A DNA stretch of 58,146 bases from a virus (taxonomy: Duplodnaviria > Caudoviricetes). Below, in pieces: positions 1 to 9,644 of this stretch. Where the stretch lies: positions 1 to 58,146 of IMG/VR virus record IMGVR_UViG_3300022920_000008; one strand, written 5' to 3'. A program made the translations under genes and the position numbers. Below the pieces are notes generated by a model. It was given only the letters and a program-made list of their open reading frames with translations, was not told the DNA's origin and searched no databases. Each line of letters opens with the position of its first letter. Within the stretch, counting starts at the first letter, position 1.

Positions 1-357
1 TCGAACAGGCTGGGCAGTCATACCACATACCACACCCACAAACATTAATCCATCGTGTACGGTTTTTAATATACCCTGACCATCCGGTTGATTGTTTTTA
101 AACTCACCAGTATAGCTGGCACCAGTACTCCATTCGTGATGACCAAAACCACACTTGCGATTGTCAGCAAACATTCCCACATAGCGTTCACCCTGTGTCC
201 ACGTCTTAGCCCCAGGACCATGTACTGCATCCTCAACAAAATGCCCAGCGCATGCACCCTCCCCACTGACCACATACAGGCCTATGCCATGTTCAGCACC
301 AGTATCACTTAGTTCACCATAGTAGTCACGACGTATTTGATAGTAATTGTTTAACAT
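1..357 (-). CDS. MORN-repeat protein (3' end runs off window)
   Basis: Not in the ORF track. ATG at 357 overlaps the upstream stop. Manual translation: MLNNYYQIRRDYYGELSDTGAEHGIGLY...GERYVGMFADNRKCGFGHHEWSTGASYTGEFKNNQPDGQGILK..., with tandem YxGxFxxxxxxGxG MORN-type repeats, open to position 1. Confidence 0.75.
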   Translation of the reverse strand, partial: MLNNYYQIRRDYYGELSDTGAEHGIGLYVVSGEGACAGHFVEDAVHGPGAKTWTQGERYVGMFADNRKCGFGHHEWSTGASYTGEFKNNQPDGQGILKTVHDGLMFVGVVCGMTAQPVR

Positions 358-1034
358 CCAGCTAACTCCATTGCTAGTTTATAGAAGTCTCGTTCAGGTT
401 CAATCTCATCCAACACACGTTGCTTGCTGTCTGATGATAGATCCGCCCAGGTTATATAACGCATACCCAGCTTCGATAAGCTATCCGCGGTATTATGTGT
501 TAGTGTCCACTCGGGATCAGGGGCTAATCCATACTGTTGGAACAGTCGGTCAATGCCAGTTATATGATCTCTCCCCAGTATGAATACATGATCCATGTCA
601 CGCAAGCCAGCCTCAGCATGCTCTTGTGTATCTCCCCAGTGTGAATACTGCCAGTGGAAAGCACTTGGTAACACACGTTCTCTATTAATGAACCAGCTAT
701 CGAAGTCTACCGTCGTATGTACACCATACAACAAGTTCATCTCCAGACGGTGGAAGTTATATCCACTAACCACACGGCGTATGGGATCACGTAACATGGC
801 TGCATGAGCGTAGTCACCAGCTAACTGTGGTGTTACACCGTGACCCATTACTACGGTTACACCCAGTTGTTCAGCTTCAGCTACAGGATGTCTGGTTAGT
901 TCCACTGGATTGCCATAGTTTAATACTATCTCATCCGGACGTCTACAGTATGCAAAGCCTGGTTCAGCTTGGTAACGATTGACTATGTACAAGCCGCCAC
1001 ACTTGTATAGATGATGGAATGCTAGTTTATTCAC
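351..1034 (-). CDS. sulfotransferase-family protein
   Basis: GTG start with GAGGAG RBS; FHHLYKCGG (variant 5'-PSB loop) and LRDPIRRVVSGY (3'-PB motif). Confidence 0.7.
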   Translation of the reverse strand: MNKLAFHHLYKCGGLYIVNRYQAEPGFAYCRRPDEIVLNYGNPVELTRHPVAEAEQLGVTVVMGHGVTPQLAGDYAHAAMLRDPIRRVVSGYNFHRLEMNLLYGVHTTVDFDSWFINRERVLPSAFHWQYSHWGDTQEHAEAGLRDMDHVFILGRDHITGIDRLFQQYGLAPDPEWTLTHNTADSLSKLGMRYITWADLSSDSKQRVLDEIEPERDFYKLAMELAGC

Positions 1035-1052
1035 TATAACTCCTCCCCGGGC

Positions 1053-1081
1053 ATACTATAAAATGTCGTGTAGTCAGACAA
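1053..1081 (-). promoter_or_regulatory. sigma70-like promoter TTGTCT-17-TAGTAT
   Basis: Exact 17-nt spacer, just upstream of the RBS of 351..1034. Confidence 0.45.
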
Positions 1082-1292
1082 AAAAAACCTTATATCAGCA
1101 ATACGCAGGTTCTGACCGAAATATTTTTTTAAAAAGGTCAGCAGAACTTTTTTATTCTGAGCATCAACCCATGGGCTACTATACTGGGGCAACTGTGGTA
1201 GTACCGTGGTATATACTGGGCATTTAATGCCGTGCAATCGCGGAGCGGCTTCGCCGCTTATAGTGGGTTGGATCAGTGGAGAAACGGCAATT

Positions 1293-2060
1293 TTATTTTG
1301 TAAGTTCATCGTACATCTTTCTTTCATACTGTGTATCTGCTTGTATCATGTGTTGTTGTTCACCGGGGAGATCACTGTATAGTATACTATAGCTCTTTTG
1401 AAATTTTAGTGTCTGACTGGTAACATTAGTACGTGTGATGTCTCGAGTACTATCGAAGCTGATGTTGTATTGTTCACATATACCTTCAAACTCTGCAATC
1501 ACATCCGTACCAGTACTTATATAGTGACTGATGCGTGGATGTGTGTTGGTCATAAACCAATCGTAATGTCGTTCAAGTACTTGTTGTTTGCGTTGGGTTA
1601 ATTCATCTGCTTGTTGTTTGTCAACGCTGGTGGTTGTTCCGTCCCAGTGTAGTATTTGGTTACTGTACAAGCGGTCGTACTCCATGATATCACGTGTGTA
1701 ATAGTCCTGACATTGGTTTAACCAGTCAATCATACTGGTATATCGCATGGGTCTAAAATGGTCTTTGTTGATAAACCATGTATAGAAGTCCAACTCTGTG
1801 GGGTCGTGTGGGTTCATATAGTGTAATTGACTGCGTACAAAGTTATACTGACTCATAATTCGCTCCACAGGATCACGCAATGCCGTAACATATATGGTGT
1901 CAGGGTCTGGTTCGTCAAACTTAACTGTGTGACCAAATTGCACTTGTTGCTCCGCTAGTTGGGGTTCACGGTCCACTGCACCAAAGTTTGGGTTGTGCCA
2001 CAGTCGTTCTATCAGTGTGGTGCCTGCTGTCTTGGGTATGTGTAGGAATTTTATCTTCAT
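1293..2060 (-). CDS. sulfotransferase-family protein
   Basis: FLHIPKTAGTT 5'-PSB motif and LRDPVERIMSQY 3'-PB motif. Confidence 0.85.
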   Translation of the reverse strand: MKIKFLHIPKTAGTTLIERLWHNPNFGAVDREPQLAEQQVQFGHTVKFDEPDPDTIYVTALRDPVERIMSQYNFVRSQLHYMNPHDPTELDFYTWFINKDHFRPMRYTSMIDWLNQCQDYYTRDIMEYDRLYSNQILHWDGTTTSVDKQQADELTQRKQQVLERHYDWFMTNTHPRISHYISTGTDVIAEFEGICEQYNISFDSTRDITRTNVTSQTLKFQKSYSILYSDLPGEQQHMIQADTQYERKMYDELTK

Positions 2061-3088
2061 GTTCTACTCTTTCCCATTATTATATCCGTAATACAGTAAC
2101 ATGCTTCTTTGTTACAAATGATACTCTTGGTGGGCAAGTTGAACTCAGCAATCTGGTTTATGTGTCCCAGTGGTTGAGTCTTACCAGGGCGATCCGTATT
2201 CCATTCAGGCAAGCATGCTGCACGATGTATCTCTCCACGTTCGTTAATAAACAAGCCATCAATGCCAGCCATACAACGCCAACCTCTGAAGTCAATACGT
2301 TTGCTCAGGTATAAGTTGTGTGCTGTTAGTGGAAACTCCGTATAGTATCTGCCGTCACTTGTGCGGAATGTTGCCGCTACATCCAGTGGCATTGGGTTCT
2401 TGTCAAAGTCCACCACAGGCTCATCAGTAAACCTCAGTATGGTATCCGCGTCTATATATGCTTGTTGTGCTAGAGTGTATATGTGCATGCTCTCATGGTC
2501 AGTTAACCAATCATCAACCACTGGAACCTTTTCTATGTGCAAGTTCTGGGGCTGTGGGTTGTTCTTGATACTGTCAAAGAACTCCACACACTTGTCAAAG
2601 TATTCCTGTCTGGTGTGCATCATAACACGTACACTCAGCATTGTATAAGGCCACAGTGTCTCAATCACCTTTAACATGTGTTTTATACTGCTCTTCTCAC
2701 TGTGGAAGCTGAAGCTTACCCAACGATACATGTGTCTGGTCTTTTCCCAGAACGCAATGCTTTTACTGCCGTTGGTTGTTAATCCTATCAGCACATCGTT
2801 TTCATACAACCATACCACCAGTTCCTCAAACAAATCAAGTGCTGTGGGTTCACCACCAGTAAAGCTGATTACCAATGTCTCTCCTGGGTCTAATTTAGAT
2901 TTAATCTTTGTGACTGTGTCTTTGTAGTGCTGTATATCAAAATCAGGACTGCTTCCGCTATAGTTGTAGGGATGGCAATACTCGCAACTAAAGTTACATG
3001 TGTTGGTTAAATTCCAATTAATGTGAAAGTATCGGTTGTGATCCTGAAGTATTTCAATCAGTTCAGTGTCTTTACTTAGTGATAGCAT
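2057..3088 (-). CDS. radical SAM protein with C-terminal Cys cluster (SPASM/twitch-like)
   Basis: CNFSCEYC, TGGEP, TTNG; C-terminal CMAG...C...CNKEACYC. Start moved to ATG 3088, which has a GGAGG RBS. Confidence 0.85.
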   Translation of the reverse strand: MLSLSKDTELIEILQDHNRYFHINWNLTNTCNFSCEYCHPYNYSGSSPDFDIQHYKDTVTKIKSKLDPGETLVISFTGGEPTALDLFEELVVWLYENDVLIGLTTNGSKSIAFWEKTRHMYRWVSFSFHSEKSSIKHMLKVIETLWPYTMLSVRVMMHTRQEYFDKCVEFFDSIKNNPQPQNLHIEKVPVVDDWLTDHESMHIYTLAQQAYIDADTILRFTDEPVVDFDKNPMPLDVAATFRTSDGRYYTEFPLTAHNLYLSKRIDFRGWRCMAGIDGLFINERGEIHRAACLPEWNTDRPGKTQPLGHINQIAEFNLPTKSIICNKEACYCITDIIMGKSRT

Positions 3089-3920
3089 AGTTTTTAATAC
3101 CTCCATATGGCAGACGTGCATTGCTAGTCCACTTGCCAACCTTTATATATCCATAGGGTAAATCGTTGACGCTTGTTCCCCATTTCCTATACTGATGTGG
3201 TAGCTTGACCCGTTTCATAACTTCATCATGTGTTAAGTCAGGACCACAATACAATGTTAAATTGTTGTTGCGGTATGTCATGGGCGTTACTATTCCCACT
3301 GAGCCCAGGTTACGACGGTAGTCTATTGTACGCAAGCCCAGTGAGATACCCAATGTTGGATCACCCAATAGTATGTCTCCGCCCTTGATATCGTAATTAA
3401 AATCGTTTTCTAATTGCTGGTCAGTTAATTGTACAAAGTCGCCGCCAAAGTTTATATCATAGCTGTTGTTAAACAATACGATGTCGCTAAGTCTCTTTAT
3501 GTAACTTAACGCTTCTATAAGGGGAGCAGCTTCCTCATGACGTGCTTGTTGTACAAGATACTGGTATTGTACAAACATGTCAATATGTAACTTGGGTAAA
3601 TTAAAATAAGTATCAGACTCAACATCCCCAGCCAAATAGTCATGTATTCGTACCTGTGGGCGTTCAAACACCACAGGATAATGGATTATCTCGTTGGCAA
3701 TGTATCCACATACGTCATAATAGTTGACATTTGTCTCTGGCCAGTTGCGATCATAGACAGCATCTAACAATCTGTCCAGTTCCATCTGCATTTCATCCAT
3801 TGTTTTATGCAAAGTTTCATTGGCAAGGGTGGGTGTTTGGTTGGTATTCAATGGTGTATCCAGTTGAACATCAATATAATCATGGTTGTCAAAATCAATT
3901 CTAAAATTACTCAGTCCCAT
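3072..3920 (-). CDS. hypothetical protein
   Basis: 282-aa ORF overlapping both neighbours in the operon. Confidence 0.7.
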   Translation of the reverse strand: MGLSNFRIDFDNHDYIDVQLDTPLNTNQTPTLANETLHKTMDEMQMELDRLLDAVYDRNWPETNVNYYDVCGYIANEIIHYPVVFERPQVRIHDYLAGDVESDTYFNLPKLHIDMFVQYQYLVQQARHEEAAPLIEALSYIKRLSDIVLFNNSYDINFGGDFVQLTDQQLENDFNYDIKGGDILLGDPTLGISLGLRTIDYRRNLGSVGIVTPMTYRNNNLTLYCGPDLTHDEVMKRVKLPHQYRKWGTSVNDLPYGYIKVGKWTSNARLPYGGIKNYAITK

Positions 3921-5188
3921 ATCTGATAAAACTCCCCAAATGCTGACGGAAAGTCTGTTCCGTTCAGTCTGTCAATGTGTCTCACATACTCATGTAGTGT
4001 GTTGTTCTTGTGACTTTGATCCTCACTGTTCATGAAGTCCAATAGCTGTGCAAACTCCTGTGCTGTAGGATTGTCAGGATACTGTGCCATAAAGTTGTTC
4101 AGCTTGTCAGTAATAATTTTCTTTGTAGTTAATGGCAACACCTTTGCACTCATGTATTGTGGATAGTGTAGTATACCTGGATGGAACAAACCATCGTGAT
4201 GACTTGCAAACTTCTCATAGCCCTGTGCCATAATCCATTCACAAAACTCCACTACGTAGAATATATTAAGTGCATGTACTGTGCCCAGTATCTTTCCCAC
4301 AATGTTGTCTGGTGCATTTTCCAATTTGTCAATTGTTTGCTCAACAGCACTCCAGTCCGTGGGATACCTTAGCCAATGGTTTCTGTCTCCAGTGTTGTCT
4401 ATACTTAACATAACTTCCACACGTTTGAACTTGCTCCACATCTCTACAATGTCATCAGGCATGATTGTTCCGTTTGTGTGGTAGCGTAGTTCTATCTGAT
4501 GTGCATAGCCACTGTCAGCACAACGTTTGAGAAAGCGTTTGTGGTTCTTTAAGTATAGTGGTTCGCCTCCAGCAAATATAAAGTGTCGCATGTTGGGCAA
4601 TAGTGGCATTACTTCCTCATTCCAGAAGTCATCATCCTTGGCCCAGTCAAACTCTCCACTTGCATGGTCGTCTACTTTCCACTGCCACTCACCAGCAATC
4701 TCAGCGTTGTCTACTTGGCTTAGTACTTTGGCATCATTTACCCACTTGCTGCTGTCTGTTGGCCTACACATAACGCATTTAACATTACATGTGTTACCCA
4801 AACGCAAGTCCAGTGTAATTACATCTTGTGACAAGTGACCATCATCAGCAGTGTTGTCTATAAGGTCCTGGATGTATTCTTCTCCCAGTTGTTGACCCCA
4901 GATATTGTTTTCGTTAATACGATGGCTTCTAATACCACTTCGTTCTTCACGAGTACAATGTTTACATGCAGGCAGTTGTTTGCCAGCTAACATATCCACT
5001 CGTGCTGACTTAAAGTAATTGCTGTTCCATATAGCATCAATAGTTGCCACATTAAAGTTTAATCGCTTGTCGTGCTTGGGAGGCTGTGCAAGACAACACA
5101 ACAATGCTGTACCGTCAGTATAGCTTGCCATGTGGATCCACGGCAGGATGCAAAACCCTTTGCCATGTTTTTCAGTTAGTTTATCCAT
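3911..5188 (-). CDS. radical SAM protein with N-terminal twitch-like Cys domain
   Basis: FCILPW..CC..CKHC N-terminal domain; LRLGNTCNVKCVMC; AGGEP; HTNG. Start placed at ATG 5188, coupled to the upstream stop. Confidence 0.85.
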   Translation of the reverse strand: MDKLTEKHGKGFCILPWIHMASYTDGTALLCCLAQPPKHDKRLNFNVATIDAIWNSNYFKSARVDMLAGKQLPACKHCTREERSGIRSHRINENNIWGQQLGEEYIQDLIDNTADDGHLSQDVITLDLRLGNTCNVKCVMCRPTDSSKWVNDAKVLSQVDNAEIAGEWQWKVDDHASGEFDWAKDDDFWNEEVMPLLPNMRHFIFAGGEPLYLKNHKRFLKRCADSGYAHQIELRYHTNGTIMPDDIVEMWSKFKRVEVMLSIDNTGDRNHWLRYPTDWSAVEQTIDKLENAPDNIVGKILGTVHALNIFYVVEFCEWIMAQGYEKFASHHDGLFHPGILHYPQYMSAKVLPLTTKKIITDKLNNFMAQYPDNPTAQEFAQLLDFMNSEDQSHKNNTLHEYVRHIDRLNGTDFPSAFGEFYQIWD

Positions 5189-6506
5189 CCTTGACCAATC
5201 TCTCAATTTGTTGGTATAGTTCACTGTCTATTGCGCTAAAGTTTTCGTTACGCATACGATCTAATGATCCAGTAAACTTGAGGAAGTCTGTTAAGTTCTC
5301 ATGCCAGTTTTCCAACTGTGGTTGTGACAAGTATCCCAATACGCCATCTATACTATTTTTAACCAACCAGTTCTCACTATACAACCAACTGCTGTTTTTG
5401 AACTTGGTTAACTGCTCAGTTGCACTCTCTCGCAACTCAACAGGTAAGTTTCTAATATCTAAATGTACAGGGTGTGTGTTGATTAAAATGTCAACACCAA
5501 TACTACGATCACGTGACGCACTAAGCTCTTGTGCAAATTCCAGTACTTCGTGTATTCTATTTATATTGTATATTTGCAGCACTGGTGTGATGTTACTGTT
5601 AACATTGGGTAACTCAAGAATGTTCCGGTAGTTACGCACTATGGTATCCCAACTGCGGCTACCACGTATGTAGTTGTTTACTTCGCCTATGCCATCCAAA
5701 CTTGCATTGATGTCACAGTCGTCAAACTTACTAATGCTTTCAATAAAACGTCGATTGGCATTTGTTAGGTTGGTGTTCATAAACACATTGATGTTTTTAC
5801 TGTAGCCTAGTTCAGCTGCACGATTGAGGAAGTCCATGTTGTTTTTAATCATAGTAGGTTCGCCGCCAGTCATATAAACTTTACGCAACGTTGGCATCCA
5901 CTCGTTGATGTTATCCCACAAGTCTGGTTTATCAAACTTTGTCAAATACTCTTTGCTGGCAGTCCATTCGGGTATCTCGCCAAATGTCTTCTCCATAACC
6001 TCAGTGTAGTTTTCTTCTGTGTCTTTTGTTTTCTGAAACTCTTTGGCAATCTGACTACTATTAAATGGATTGCACATACGACATGTCAAGTTACACAAGT
6101 TGCCCAAGCGCATATCCAAATACACTGGCGGCTTGTCTACTTCCATGTCTGCATCAATACTATCGTTAACACGATCCTGTATCTCTTGTAAGCCAATACG
6201 ATCTTCCCATTCCTGGTTGTGCATCTGGCGGAAACTTTTCTTGCCAACTTCTTCCTGTAAGTAACAATGCTTACAACTGCTGACTTTTTTACCATCAAGC
6301 ATTGCTTGCCTGATGTCTCGCATGTCCTGACTATTCCAGGCTTCAGCTAAACTTGTGGTATTGATGTCTAATTTTTTGCCATCTTGGTCACGCAATTGGC
6401 TAGGCTTGGCAATACAACAAAAGTCAATACTACCTGTTGTATTAACCATTAGACTAATCCAAGGGTATATACAGAAAGTATCACTAATTTTGTCTAGTTT
6501 ACTCAA
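5181..6506 (-). CDS. radical SAM protein with N-terminal twitch-like Cys domain (paralogue of neighbour)
   Basis: FCIYPW..CC..CKHC; MRLGNLCNLTCRMC; TGGEP; TTG start with AGGAG RBS. Confidence 0.85.
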   Translation of the reverse strand: MSKLDKISDTFCIYPWISLMVNTTGSIDFCCIAKPSQLRDQDGKKLDINTTSLAEAWNSQDMRDIRQAMLDGKKVSSCKHCYLQEEVGKKSFRQMHNQEWEDRIGLQEIQDRVNDSIDADMEVDKPPVYLDMRLGNLCNLTCRMCNPFNSSQIAKEFQKTKDTEENYTEVMEKTFGEIPEWTASKEYLTKFDKPDLWDNINEWMPTLRKVYMTGGEPTMIKNNMDFLNRAAELGYSKNINVFMNTNLTNANRRFIESISKFDDCDINASLDGIGEVNNYIRGSRSWDTIVRNYRNILELPNVNSNITPVLQIYNINRIHEVLEFAQELSASRDRSIGVDILINTHPVHLDIRNLPVELRESATEQLTKFKNSSWLYSENWLVKNSIDGVLGYLSQPQLENWHENLTDFLKFTGSLDRMRNENFSAIDSELYQQIERLVKDG

Positions 6507-6514
6507 CTTGACTC

Positions 6515-7369
6515 CTAAACCGCCATAGGGGCTTTAATAGTATCCATTGGCGTATATCCTTCAAGTATATACTCTTTAGGCTTGGTTGTCAATAGCTGAT
6601 CCAATGTTTTAAACTCTGGCATAATTAATTGTGGACGTTTTTGTGGTTCACGTACGGTTTGTTGTTCTACTTGTTCCAAATGATTGTGATAGATATGACA
6701 ATCACCACCACTCCAGACAAAGTCTCCCACCTCTAAGTCGCATAGCTGTGCTAACATATGAGTAAGCAAACTATAACTTGCAATGTTAAACGGCACACCC
6801 AAGAACATATCAGCACTACGCTGGTATAACTGGCAACTTAGTTTGCCATTGATTACTTTAAACTGCGCCATAGTGTGACAAGGTGGCAATGCCATTTTTG
6901 CAATTTCTGGAACATTCCATGCATTTAGTATAATGCGTCTACTGTCAGGATCGTTTTTAATCTGATCAATGATATTTGCAATTTGATCAACTCCACCAAA
7001 ATTACGCCACTGTTTTCCATATACAGGACCCAAGTCTTTATTTGTATCACTGTTGTAGTGTCCTAGTGCGACTCCTTGGTTGTCTGCGTTTGCTGTCCAG
7101 ATAGTCTTCTTACCAACAAGATTATCCTTAGTGTCACCAAAGTGAATTTCAGCAAGCCTACGCTCGTTGATTGATCCTTCAAGGAACCAAAGCAATTCAC
7201 TTACTACTGATTTCCATGCAAGTTTCTTTGTTGTTACTGCTGGAAATCCTTTGCGCAAGTCAAAACGCATCTGGTGTCCAAATACGCTACGTGTGCCAAC
7301 CCCTGTGCGGTCATCAACGTCTTCTCCAAAGTCTCTAATGTATCTTAATGCGCCTAAGTATTGTATCAT
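6515..7369 (-). CDS. thyA: thymidylate synthase
   Basis: DRTGVGT, ELLWFL, LGPVYGKQWR, ALPPCH (catalytic Cys), YQRSADMFLGVPFN. Confidence 0.97.
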   Translation of the reverse strand: MIQYLGALRYIRDFGEDVDDRTGVGTRSVFGHQMRFDLRKGFPAVTTKKLAWKSVVSELLWFLEGSINERRLAEIHFGDTKDNLVGKKTIWTANADNQGVALGHYNSDTNKDLGPVYGKQWRNFGGVDQIANIIDQIKNDPDSRRIILNAWNVPEIAKMALPPCHTMAQFKVINGKLSCQLYQRSADMFLGVPFNIASYSLLTHMLAQLCDLEVGDFVWSGGDCHIYHNHLEQVEQQTVREPQKRPQLIMPEFKTLDQLLTTKPKEYILEGYTPMDTIKAPMAV

Positions 7370-7779
7370 AATTTACCTTCTTGTCTAAGTTTAGCACGTA
7401 TCTTTGTTGCACTTATGTCGTGAATGTCAGTTCCCAAGTCATGCTCAGTAAATGTGTATCCTACACCTCGACCATAACTAATGTCAACGATGTTAGGCAC
7501 TACCATAATAATATACTCAGTCCCTGCCTTGTATCCATGCTTTAGTAATCCTGCTTTAATGTTAGTAATGACTTCTTTTTCATTAAAAGGATTGTCATCT
7601 TGTGTTGCAGTTCTACCTGCCCCAGCATCTTGTCCTACAATGCCGCCTACATCTCTAATCATAATTGCAACTTGTCCGGTTACCTCAAGTGCTTTTTTAA
7701 AAAGAGCAGTGTGTCCATCGTGCCATGGTTGCCATCGTCCAAGCATTTGTGTTGTTGGCTTCTTATAGTCAAACTTCAT
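7366..7779 (-). CDS. HxGH nucleotidyltransferase (cytidylyltransferase-like fold)
   Basis: GRWQPWHDGH and C-terminal ISATKIR motif. Confidence 0.8.
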   Translation of the reverse strand: MKFDYKKPTTQMLGRWQPWHDGHTALFKKALEVTGQVAIMIRDVGGIVGQDAGAGRTATQDDNPFNEKEVITNIKAGLLKHGYKAGTEYIIMVVPNIVDISYGRGVGYTFTEHDLGTDIHDISATKIRAKLRQEGKL

Positions 7780-8194
7780 TAATTTCCATCCAACGTTGTA
7801 CTACTGGCATCAACTGTTGGTGGGCATTGTCAAACCAATCCTCTACATGATAGTCTACATTACGTGGTGGGTCAAACATATCATTTGTGTCTTCATATAC
7901 ACTTCTAGAAATAGTATCCATCCACACTGTATAGTCAGCATTGAACTCATAGCGTGTTAGTATGGTAGGACAAATAAAGTCGCACACTGCAACCTTGCCT
8001 GCCTTAACGACACCGTCAGCTAAGTATCTCATTCTAGATGCTTGTCTATTTCTTCCAATTGGACTGAAATCCCAATCATTATATTCTTTTCTAACTTGAT
8101 CAGCATTGATCCAAACACCGTTTATCAACTCAGCAAACGGCTTGGCTAGTGTTGTTTTACCACTGCCAGGTAATCCCATAATTAATATTTTCAT
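7769..8194 (-). CDS. adenylyl-sulfate kinase-like P-loop kinase
   Basis: GLPGSGKTT, NADQVR, DFSPIGRNRQ, DFICP, typical of CysC-like kinases; short (141 aa). Confidence 0.75.
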   Translation of the reverse strand: MKILIMGLPGSGKTTLAKPFAELINGVWINADQVRKEYNDWDFSPIGRNRQASRMRYLADGVVKAGKVAVCDFICPTILTRYEFNADYTVWMDTISRSVYEDTNDMFDPPRNVDYHVEDWFDNAHQQLMPVVQRWMEINEV

Positions 8195-8667
8195 TTTTTA
8201 GTCCAGGTCTCGATATATAACGTACTGTCGTGTACTTCACTTAACTTAAAATCGTTAAGTATTTTATTCTCTGGTAGGAATGTGTCACAGTTATATGTAC
8301 CTTCAATCCTACTTAAATGTATCTCGTCAATAATATCCCATAGGCCATCAATTAACCTAGCACCGCCAATAATCCATACGTTTTGTGTATTGGTCGTCAT
8401 CTGTGGCAATATTTTTAGTAAACCATCAATGTCTACAACAATATTACCAAGAGCGTTTTCAATAGGCTGTGTGGTTACAATAGCATTGGTCCTACCAGGC
8501 AGCGGCTTTCGTGGTAAACTTTCCCAAGTTTTACGACCCATAACAACTACATCGCCGGTAGTAGATTCTTTAAACCATGCTAGATCATCCAAATTCTTGG
8601 GCCAAGGCAAGTCACCGTCTTTACCAATGCCCCAGGCTTGATCACATGCCAGTATTGCTTTTATCAT
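8191..8667 (-). CDS. folA: dihydrofolate reductase
   Basis: GIGKDGDLPW, VVMGRKTWESL, PLPGR, IIGG, CDTF. Confidence 0.95.
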   Translation of the reverse strand: MIKAILACDQAWGIGKDGDLPWPKNLDDLAWFKESTTGDVVVMGRKTWESLPRKPLPGRTNAIVTTQPIENALGNIVVDIDGLLKILPQMTTNTQNVWIIGGARLIDGLWDIIDEIHLSRIEGTYNCDTFLPENKILNDFKLSEVHDSTLYIETWTKK

Positions 8668-9644
8668 TCGATAGAGTTCTCTACTTGGTCTTCTCTAATT
8701 TGTGGAGCCATGCGACTAGGATTAATGTACACACGTTTGAAAAATTTACTTCCTTGTGCGCCAATGTCAGCAATGTCTAACTTTAAGTCTTGACGAATGT
8801 CACGACCCAATTCAAAAGTCTTTTCCTGAATCTTCTCTAAGTCCCAACGCATGCCTGTGCGTACACACATTTGGTCGTCGCCTTCAAACTGCGGGGCTAC
8901 CTGTGTATTAAAGAAGTTGTTTAGCCATTCAAAGTTACGTACTTCTTTCCAGTCCCAACTTTCACGTGCCACGTTTGTCATGTGACATCCTAGACGTGCG
9001 CCATATGTAGCCCAAATTCCATTAGTAACATCTTCGCCTACTGTCATCCAAGTTAGCAACCGTTGGAAGTTTTTGCCGTGTACATTCTTTTCCAAGTTAC
9101 GTGGATCAACTACATCGCCGTCTACCAATCCCATCTTAACACCTTCACGGAAGCCTGCACGCCAAGCCTGTAGTGGGCTACCATTGTTCAATACATTACA
9201 ATAGATGTTATTCATTTGTACGTAATTGATGTTCCAACAAAAGTCTACTTGTGCAGCTGCATTGTCAGGGTCTGCGTTCTCATGTGTTTTCATATTCATA
9301 ACAACTGGTTTGGGCCAACACTTGATGCCGCCGTTGCCATATACAAGACCATTAATCTCATTCTTTCCAGCCCAACTGATAACATCAGTATCGCCAATCT
9401 TATCCATGTCTACTTCAACATTAAAAAATGCAGGGTCAACAATATTGTCTGCATCTACTGTGATGAAACGATCAGTTTCTGCCATCATAGCTGCTGCTTT
9501 GTGTGCTGCGTCACTACCTTCTACACCGTGGCTGCGTTTAGCCCACGGGCATTTATCCAGTAAGTCTGAATAATTTTCATCTGCATTTGGTTCATCGTAA
9601 CTTATGAACACAATATCAAATTCATTAATGCTTGTTTTTGACAT
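8664..9644 (-). CDS. glycosyltransferase-like protein (GT-A fold)
   Basis: DIVFISYDEPNAD, AHKAAA, FITVDADN (DxD), YGNGG. Confidence 0.6.
   Translation of the reverse strand: MSKTSINEFDIVFISYDEPNADENYSDLLDKCPWAKRSHGVEGSDAAHKAAAMMAETDRFITVDADNIVDPAFFNVEVDMDKIGDTDVISWAGKNEINGLVYGNGGIKCWPKPVVMNMKTHENADPDNAAAQVDFCWNINYVQMNNIYCNVLNNGSPLQAWRAGFREGVKMGLVDGDVVDPRNLEKNVHGKNFQRLLTWMTVGEDVTNGIWATYGARLGCHMTNVARESWDWKEVRNFEWLNNFFNTQVAPQFEGDDQMCVRTGMRWDLEKIQEKTFELGRDIRQDLKLDIADIGAQGSKFFKRVYINPSRMAPQIREDQVENSIE

Noticed and set aside
66-312. Track ORFs 66..275(-) and 88..312(+)
   Set aside because: They overlap the MORN-repeat ORF, which is in another frame and has a clear protein signature.
1034-1327. 97-aa minus-strand ORF filling the gap between the sulfotransferases
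   Set aside because: No recognisable motif; runs through homopolymer tracts, hairpins and a promoter; more likely a non-coding element.
6515-7369. ThyA as a base-hypermodifying dCMP hydroxymethylase
   Set aside because: It retains the dUMP-specifying Asn (GVPFN) and sits near DHFR; it looks like canonical thymidylate synthase.
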